A stretch of 46,057 nt of DNA from a virus. The notes beneath the pieces are model-generated. The model made no database searches, had not been told where the DNA came from, and saw only the letters and a program-made list of their open reading frames with translations. Both the position numbers and the translations under genes were made by a program. Below are positions 43,056-46,057 of the stretch, piece after piece (position 1 is the stretch's first letter; each line of letters opens with the position of its first letter). The stretch lies in IMG/VR virus record IMGVR_UViG_3300037311_000130. One strand, given 5' to 3'.

Positions 43056-43406
43056 GTGAACCGTTCTCCTCTCGACCGCGCGCAGCGCATTATCGACAAA
43101 CTCGATACGTGCTGTGAAGCACAGACCTTCCTCCCCGGCTCTGACTATCCGTCGGCTGTGGCCATCGTCGCCTCGTTCACGCACGAACTGGCGCATGCCG
43201 AACGGCAGCTAGCACAGCTGCGCAACGGCCCGACCTTCTACATGCGAAACGGCAAGCGCCACGGCGTGGCGTTGCTGCCGATCCTCCGTCGCCTCATTCG
43301 CTCCCTCGCCGCTTCGCGTCGTCTACTGGCGCAGCACCGTGACGAATGCCGTGGCGTCGCCGATCCTGCAGAGGCACGCATTGCGCGTGCACAGGGGGGA
43401 CGATGA
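43056..43406 (+). CDS. Early hypothetical protein (116 aa)
   Basis: GTG at 43056 with AGGAG 5 nt upstream. It is preceded by an 85-bp CT-rich leader. Confidence 0.7.
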   Translation: MNRSPLDRAQRIIDKLDTCCEAQTFLPGSDYPSAVAIVASFTHELAHAERQLAQLRNGPTFYMRNGKRHGVALLPILRRLIRSLAASRRLLAQHRDECRGVADPAEARIARAQGGR

Positions 43407-43642
43407 CACACACCATCAACCTATCCAACGGCCACAGCTACGTCGCTCGCCTCGTTGTGCTTCGTGACCACACCACGGAAGGGCGCGGCCGCTGGCGTCT
43501 GTTCTGGAATGAGCCAGGAACGTCCCGTGGCGTCTACGAACAATCCACCGTCACAGGGCAACCGTTCTTCCGCACCATGCGCGATGCGGTTGCCTATGGC
43601 CAGAAACGCTACGGCGAGACTGCCGTGCGAGAGGATTGGTGA
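43403..43642 (+). CDS. Early hypothetical protein (79 aa)
   Basis: ATGA overlap at 43403-43406. Protein starts MTHTINLSNGHSYVARLVVLRDHTTEGRGRW. Confidence 0.7.
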   Translation: MTHTINLSNGHSYVARLVVLRDHTTEGRGRWRLFWNEPGTSRGVYEQSTVTGQPFFRTMRDAVAYGQKRYGETAVREDW

Positions 43643-43645
43643 ACC

Positions 43646-43972
43646 ATGCTCGGCCTCTCCCTTGACTTTTGGCGCCACCTGCGCATTGCCCTTCCAACGG
43701 AAGCGTGGCGCGAGTTCTTAGAGCAAGTGCGCGCATGGCACGGTTGCGGCGGGATCATCGCATCCGTCGATGAGGCGCGATGGTCGATTGCCACTGCGGT
43801 CTATTGGCTGGCCGAAGACTTTGGCGCATCGGAGTTCGATGCGCTGCGCTGCGCCGAGAACCTCACCGGCTACTCGCCATCGCCGTTGCACCGCCGCATT
43901 GAAGACGCGCGCGACGAACTGGCTACACTCCTTTACGATGCGTGCGCAGAGTATTTGAAGGGGGCACAGTGA
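43646..43972 (+). CDS. Early hypothetical protein (108 aa)
   Basis: The ATG lies 3 nt after the upstream TGA. Protein starts MLGLSLDFWRHLRIALPTEAWREFLEQVRAWHG. Confidence 0.7.
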   Translation: MLGLSLDFWRHLRIALPTEAWREFLEQVRAWHGCGGIIASVDEARWSIATAVYWLAEDFGASEFDALRCAENLTGYSPSPLHRRIEDARDELATLLYDACAEYLKGAQ

Positions 43973-44145
43973 ATCCCGTAGCCACCTACTGCGCCAGGTT
44001 CGCCGCTAGCGGCCTCGATCCGTTGGCGTTCGCCAGGCGCATGCTGGCCAGCGATCGCGCGCTGTGTCTTTCCGTCCTCGAGCATGTCGGGTGCTGGCCG
44101 AGTAGCGAGCCGGAGCTCGCCGCGCTTCAACGGTGCTTCCGATGA
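43969..44145 (+). CDS. Early hypothetical protein (58 aa)
   Basis: GTGA overlap at 43969-43972. Protein starts VNPVATYCARFAASGLDPLAFARRMLASD. Confidence 0.55.
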   Translation: MNPVATYCARFAASGLDPLAFARRMLASDRALCLSVLEHVGCWPSSEPELAALQRCFR

Positions 44146-44393
44146 AAACGATACGCACACCATTCCACAGCAATCCGCATTGCAACGGCATTCCAATCGG
44201 GCGCCTTGCGGAAGTGCTAGCCTCATTCTCGGTTGAGGAAAAGTCTCGCCTCGTGCTTCGCCAACGCAAAGCGAACGCATGCGGCGACGGATACGATATC
44301 CTTCGTGCAAAGACGCGCGAACTGGCCGTGGCGGCAGTCGAGCGCGAGCGAAGCAATCCGCCACCTTACTTCCTTTCCCTGGTCTCACCATGA
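44142..44393 (+). CDS. Early hypothetical protein (83 aa)
   Basis: ATGA overlap at 44142-44145. Protein starts MKTIRTPFHSNPHCNGIPIGRLAEVL. Confidence 0.65.
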   Translation: MKTIRTPFHSNPHCNGIPIGRLAEVLASFSVEEKSRLVLRQRKANACGDGYDILRAKTRELAVAAVERERSNPPPYFLSLVSP

Positions 44394-44896
44394 CCGAAAC
44401 GTCTCCCCTCTCCCCTTCCCCGTCTCCGGCCACCTGTGGACGCTGCGCCGTCGTCGGCACGTCCTCGGAGCCGCCGCCGCGCCATGCGCCAGGTTGCCCC
44501 GGCATCGTGCGCGAGGTGCGCGACTACATCTCACAGGCCAACGGCACGTTGCATTGGCACAAGTTCAACATGCTTTTCTATCGGCATCTGGCTAGCGATG
44601 GCGCGAAGATGATCGCCGACCAATGCGGCGCTTACTGGCTCCTTGAGTCAATCGCCAGCCACTACGTGCGCAAGGTGCTGGCGGTCGAACCGTTCGCCGT
44701 GTGGACCTTGGACGCCATCGACGGCGAGGGAGCCGTTGCGCTTGTCGCCGACGATGGCAACGGGCGCCAGCTGGTGCGCCAGGAAATCCCCTACAGCGAC
44801 TTCCCGCGCGATCTGTTGCCGCTGCGCCTCTACTGTGAAAACAGCGGCCTGCTGAACGGCCGCGCGCGCTGCATCATGCTGCCGGAGGAACGATGA
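44390..44896 (+). CDS. DUF6876-like protein (168 aa)
   Basis: ATGA overlap. LHWHKFNMLFYRHLASDGAKMIADQCGAYWLLESIASH resembles the remembered DUF6876 core (..yyrh....ytdGv..la....ayWLiD.i). This was not searched. Confidence 0.65.
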   Translation: MTETSPLSPSPSPATCGRCAVVGTSSEPPPRHAPGCPGIVREVRDYISQANGTLHWHKFNMLFYRHLASDGAKMIADQCGAYWLLESIASHYVRKVLAVEPFAVWTLDAIDGEGAVALVADDGNGRQLVRQEIPYSDFPRDLLPLRLYCENSGLLNGRARCIMLPEER

Positions 44897-45066
44897 GCAC
44901 GCGCCCCCTCACCGTCGGCACGCGGCACGTTCGCGCCATCATCGGTTGGTGGCTCGTCTGCTGCGCCACATGCGGCCTCGTGAAAGCCAAGTTTCGCACC
45001 GAGGACGCCGCGAAGTCTCACGCTATCAAGACCAGCGCCAAGCCGTGCAAGTGTGGTGCCAGATGA
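44893..45066 (+). CDS. Cys-rich mini-protein (57 aa)
   Basis: It is below the track cut-off. ATGA overlap at 44893-44896. Sequence MSTRPLTVGTRHVRAIIGWWLVCCATCGLVKAKFRTEDAAKSHAIKTSAKPCKCGAR*. Confidence 0.55.
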   Translation: MSTRPLTVGTRHVRAIIGWWLVCCATCGLVKAKFRTEDAAKSHAIKTSAKPCKCGAR

Positions 45067-45311
45067 ACCGCCAACCGCCACCATGCGGCCATTCCGCATG
45101 CCGACAGAACTACATCGACAACGGGGACGACGCTTGTGTCGTTGTCTCCGATGCGGTGGCTAACTTCGTGAACGGCAACCGTAGCGACGTCAAGGCCGCA
45201 CTAGCGGCACTGCCGCCGCTCGAGGCCGCGCGCGTCGCCGTGCGCGTCTACTGGCGACTGGACAAGGCCGACCAGGTCCACTTCCTTAGCTGGATCGAGG
45301 CGATCGCATAG
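45063..45311 (+). CDS. Early hypothetical protein (82 aa)
   Basis: ATGA overlap at 45063-45066. Protein starts MNRQPPPCGHSACRQNYIDNGDDACVVVSD. Confidence 0.65.
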   Translation: MNRQPPPCGHSACRQNYIDNGDDACVVVSDAVANFVNGNRSDVKAALAALPPLEAARVAVRVYWRLDKADQVHFLSWIEAIA

Positions 45312-45372
45312 AAGCGCATCCGTTGGGCGTGAGACCCCCGACGGTGTTTGCATGGTCAGAGAGACGAGGCGA

Positions 45373-45420
45373 AACCGCCGGAAGGCAATGGAATCGCGGC
45401 TGTGAGCCGCAACCGGCGGT
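45373..45420 (+). other. Nested stem-loop: outer AACCGCCGG / CCGGCGGTT enclosing GCGGC-tgtga-GCCGC, directly upstream of the terminator
   Basis: Complementarity was read directly. It may be a second terminator hairpin or a small structured RNA element. Confidence 0.4.
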
Positions 45421-45423
45421 TGT

Positions 45424-45461
45424 GGCCCGGCCAGCGTAGAGAACTGGCCGGGCCTTTTTTT
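45424..45461 (+). terminator. Rho-independent terminator ending the early operon
   Basis: Perfect 11-bp GC stem GGCCCGGCCAG / CTGGCCGGGCC, a 9-nt loop, then T7 (45455-45461). Confidence 0.9.
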
Positions 45462-45536
45462 CTTCGCCCACTTGCATGGCGCTTCGTGGCGTGGTAAGCG
45501 TTGCGACTGTCCCTCAACGGCGCTTCTTGCGCGCGA

Positions 45537-46057
<521 letters not shown>

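Overview
This window looks like a complete, GC-rich, short-tailed (podovirus-like) dsDNA phage genome rather than a chromosomal fragment. Nt 1-127 are identical to nt 45931-46057, so the unique length is 45,930 bp, and one gene reads in frame across that junction. Two transcription arms diverge from a roughly 620-bp non-coding control region (42435-43055). That region carries two palindromic operator-like sites and several low-complexity tracts. The plus arm starts with 8 small early ORFs (43056-45311) that end at a strong intrinsic terminator. It continues with an Ala/Tyr/Asp-repeat protein (45537 across the junction to 161), an SNF2 helicase, small proteins, a Toprim primase fused to an MCM-like helicase, and a RecU-like resolvase ending at 9178. 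The minus arm (42434 down to 9370) runs in this order: small proteins, TerS-like, GT9-like glycosyltransferase, SAM methyltransferase, TerL, small Zn proteins, GT2-like, CgeB-like and DUF115/MptE-like enzymes, portal, scaffold and HK97-fold capsid. It then continues with adaptor/nozzle/fibre proteins, three internal-virion-type proteins (one of 1943 aa with an HExxH motif), and a terminal membrane/lipoprotein/secreted-protein cassette. I found no DNA or RNA polymerase, integrase, recognisable lysozyme, tRNA, CRISPR array or reverse transcriptase. Most gene junctions are 1-4 nt stop/start overlaps. Many long ORFs in the supplied track are out-of-frame or antisense shadows, which is typical of high-GC DNA. 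The candidates I rate highest for novelty are: (i) the five sugar-modifying enzymes interleaved with the packaging and portal genes; (ii) the repeat protein translationally coupled to the SNF2 helicase; (iii) the giant polyvalent ejection-type protein; (iv) the terminal cassette with no recognisable muralytic domain; and (v) the operator and low-complexity control region. All family assignments come from motifs read by eye and from memory. No database search was run.
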